Assembly: GCA_963710375.1 (NCBI GenBank)
Contig: CAVPZX010000005.1
Span: 128,001-192,000 of the forward strand
Direction: 5' to 3'
Origin: Nitrospirota bacterium
GTDB lineage: Bacteria; Nitrospirota; Thermodesulfovibrionia; Thermodesulfovibrionales; Dissulfurispiraceae
DNA length: 64,000 nt
The position numbers and the translations under genes were made by a program. Shown here in pieces: positions 61,911 through 64,000 of the stretch. The notes beneath the pieces are model-generated. The model saw only the letters and a program-made list of their open reading frames with translations, was not told the origin of the DNA and searched no databases. Positions within the stretch are counted from its first letter, which is position 1, and every line of letters begins with the position of its first letter.

Positions 61911-62286
61911 TCGGCAGGTCCTTATTGATACAAGTGCATGGGTTGCATCATTTCGCAAGAACGAAGAGACTCGTAAAAAGATCAAAAGACTCATTGAAGA
62001 AGACCGCGCCGCAATCTGTGGAGTCGTTGTTTATGAACTCCTCCAGGGTATCAGGGACAATGATGAAGCTTCTGTGATTGAAAAAGCACTTCAGGGGTTA
62101 CACTTTTATGAAACGTCACAGGAAGTGTGGCATTCCGCCGGCCTAAGCTCCTGTTTGCTCAGGCGCAATGGCGTTACGATTCCGATGTCGGATGTTGTGA
62201 TAGCTGCCGTAGCCCGCATGTATGATCTTGAAGTGTTGACCACCGACGCTCATTTTAAGCAAATCGACAACTTGAAATTTTATTGA
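61900..62286 (+). CDS. vapC: VapC PIN-domain toxin
   Basis: VLIDTSAW, YELLQG, MSDVVIAA, TTDAHF; probable TTG start at 61900. Confidence 0.9.
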   Translation: MGNNRQVLIDTSAWVASFRKNEETRKKIKRLIEEDRAAICGVVVYELLQGIRDNDEASVIEKALQGLHFYETSQEVWHSAGLSSCLLRRNGVTIPMSDVVIAAVARMYDLEVLTTDAHFKQIDNLKFY

Positions 62287-62388
62287 TCCCAACTCCGGCC
62301 GCTAAAATCTTAGTAGTGATAATATTGAAAATGTTTTTTTTGCTCTATATAATACGTTGTGCAATAAAGAATCGAGGGGAAAAAATAG

Positions 62389-63363
<975 letters not shown>

Positions 63364-63418
63364 GGCCCTTTGATTTCTTGCCTGGAGTAGTGACATAATA
63401 CCTTTTATATAACGGGCG

Positions 63419-63497
63419 ATAGGTCATAGGTAACAGGTGGCAGGAAAACTTATAACAGTTTATTCAATAACCAAATAACCAATGAACAATGACCTAT
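63419..63497. repeat. Heptamer tandem-repeat hairpin (ATAGGTN / AATRACC)
   Basis: ataggtc ataggta acaggtg ... aataacc aaataacc aatgaac aatgacc tat. Confidence 0.65.
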
Positions 63498-63523
63498 AAG
63501 CAGTATTGTATAGGGGTGAGACG

Positions 63524-63928
63524 ATGAAAAAAAGAAGATATGATGCCCAGGGTTTTACACTTATTGAGATACTGATTGTGGTCATGATTATCGGCCTGAT
63601 AGCCTCTCTTGTGGCGCCCAATCTTATGGGCAAATTCGAGAGGTCCAAGGAGGAAATTACCAAGGCTCAGGTCGAGATGCTTTCCTCCAGTGTCCAGTCT
63701 TTTATGCTTGATGAGGGCAGGTGCCCTAACGACCTATCAGAACTGGTCAAACCCAGCGACACAAACGATACAAAATGGAGAGGACCGTACCTTTCAAAAC
63801 AGGAACTCCCCAAGGACGGATGGAGCAGGGATTACCAGTATAAATGTCCGGGTGATCATGGACCATTTGACCTCTATTCCCTCGGCCCCAACGGAAAGAT
63901 CGATGAGAAGATCTTGAAGAACTGGTAG
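63524..63928 (+). CDS. gspG: Type II secretion major pseudopilin GspG
   Basis: QG/FTLIE prepilin site, KWRGPYL, DGWSRDYQY, DLYSLGPNG. Confidence 0.92.
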   Translation: MKKRRYDAQGFTLIEILIVVMIIGLIASLVAPNLMGKFERSKEEITKAQVEMLSSSVQSFMLDEGRCPNDLSELVKPSDTNDTKWRGPYLSKQELPKDGWSRDYQYKCPGDHGPFDLYSLGPNGKIDEKILKNW

Positions 63929-63929
63929 C

Positions 63930-64000
63930 ATGCTTCTTGGCGAGATTCTTATATCACGGTTCAGCGTAAAACAAGAAGATGTAGAGAGGGCCCTGACGGT
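63930..64000 (+). CDS. Probable GspE/PilB-type ATPase, N-terminus only
   Basis: MLLGEILISRFSVKQEDVERAL directly after gspG; only 23 codons visible. Confidence 0.45.
   Translation, partial: MLLGEILISRFSVKQEDVERALT

Overview
A bacterial chromosome segment of moderate GC; gene content and protein similarity suggest an anaerobic diderm such as Nitrospirota/Thermodesulfovibrionia (inference only). Most of it is housekeeping: rpiB-glyA-nrdR, gap-pgk, speD, tRNA-Phe, galT-glgA, rpmH-yidD-yidC-mnmE, mnmA, MOSC-mog-ccdA-lptE-holA, rpsT, nth, tgt, tRNA-Leu, class II RNR, galE and gspG. It also holds several signalling genes, a DRTGG/anti-sigma-kinase/PHP module, a surface-glycosylation locus with UDP-sulfoquinovose synthase, tandem dCMP-deaminase-like genes and a vapBC pair. 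The most unusual signal is non-coding. (i) At least 15 hairpins have arms built from tandem 6-, 7-, 8- or 9-nt units, and in three places such repeats are translated in frame inside proteins (LptE, Tgt, a TPR/GT-C protein). (ii) Three families of 125-190 bp palindromic elements are present; one shows clear compensatory base changes between copies, and one copy sits where rnpA normally lies. No transposase, integrase, CRISPR array or rRNA was seen. Three genes carry +1 frameshifts that may be sequencing errors.
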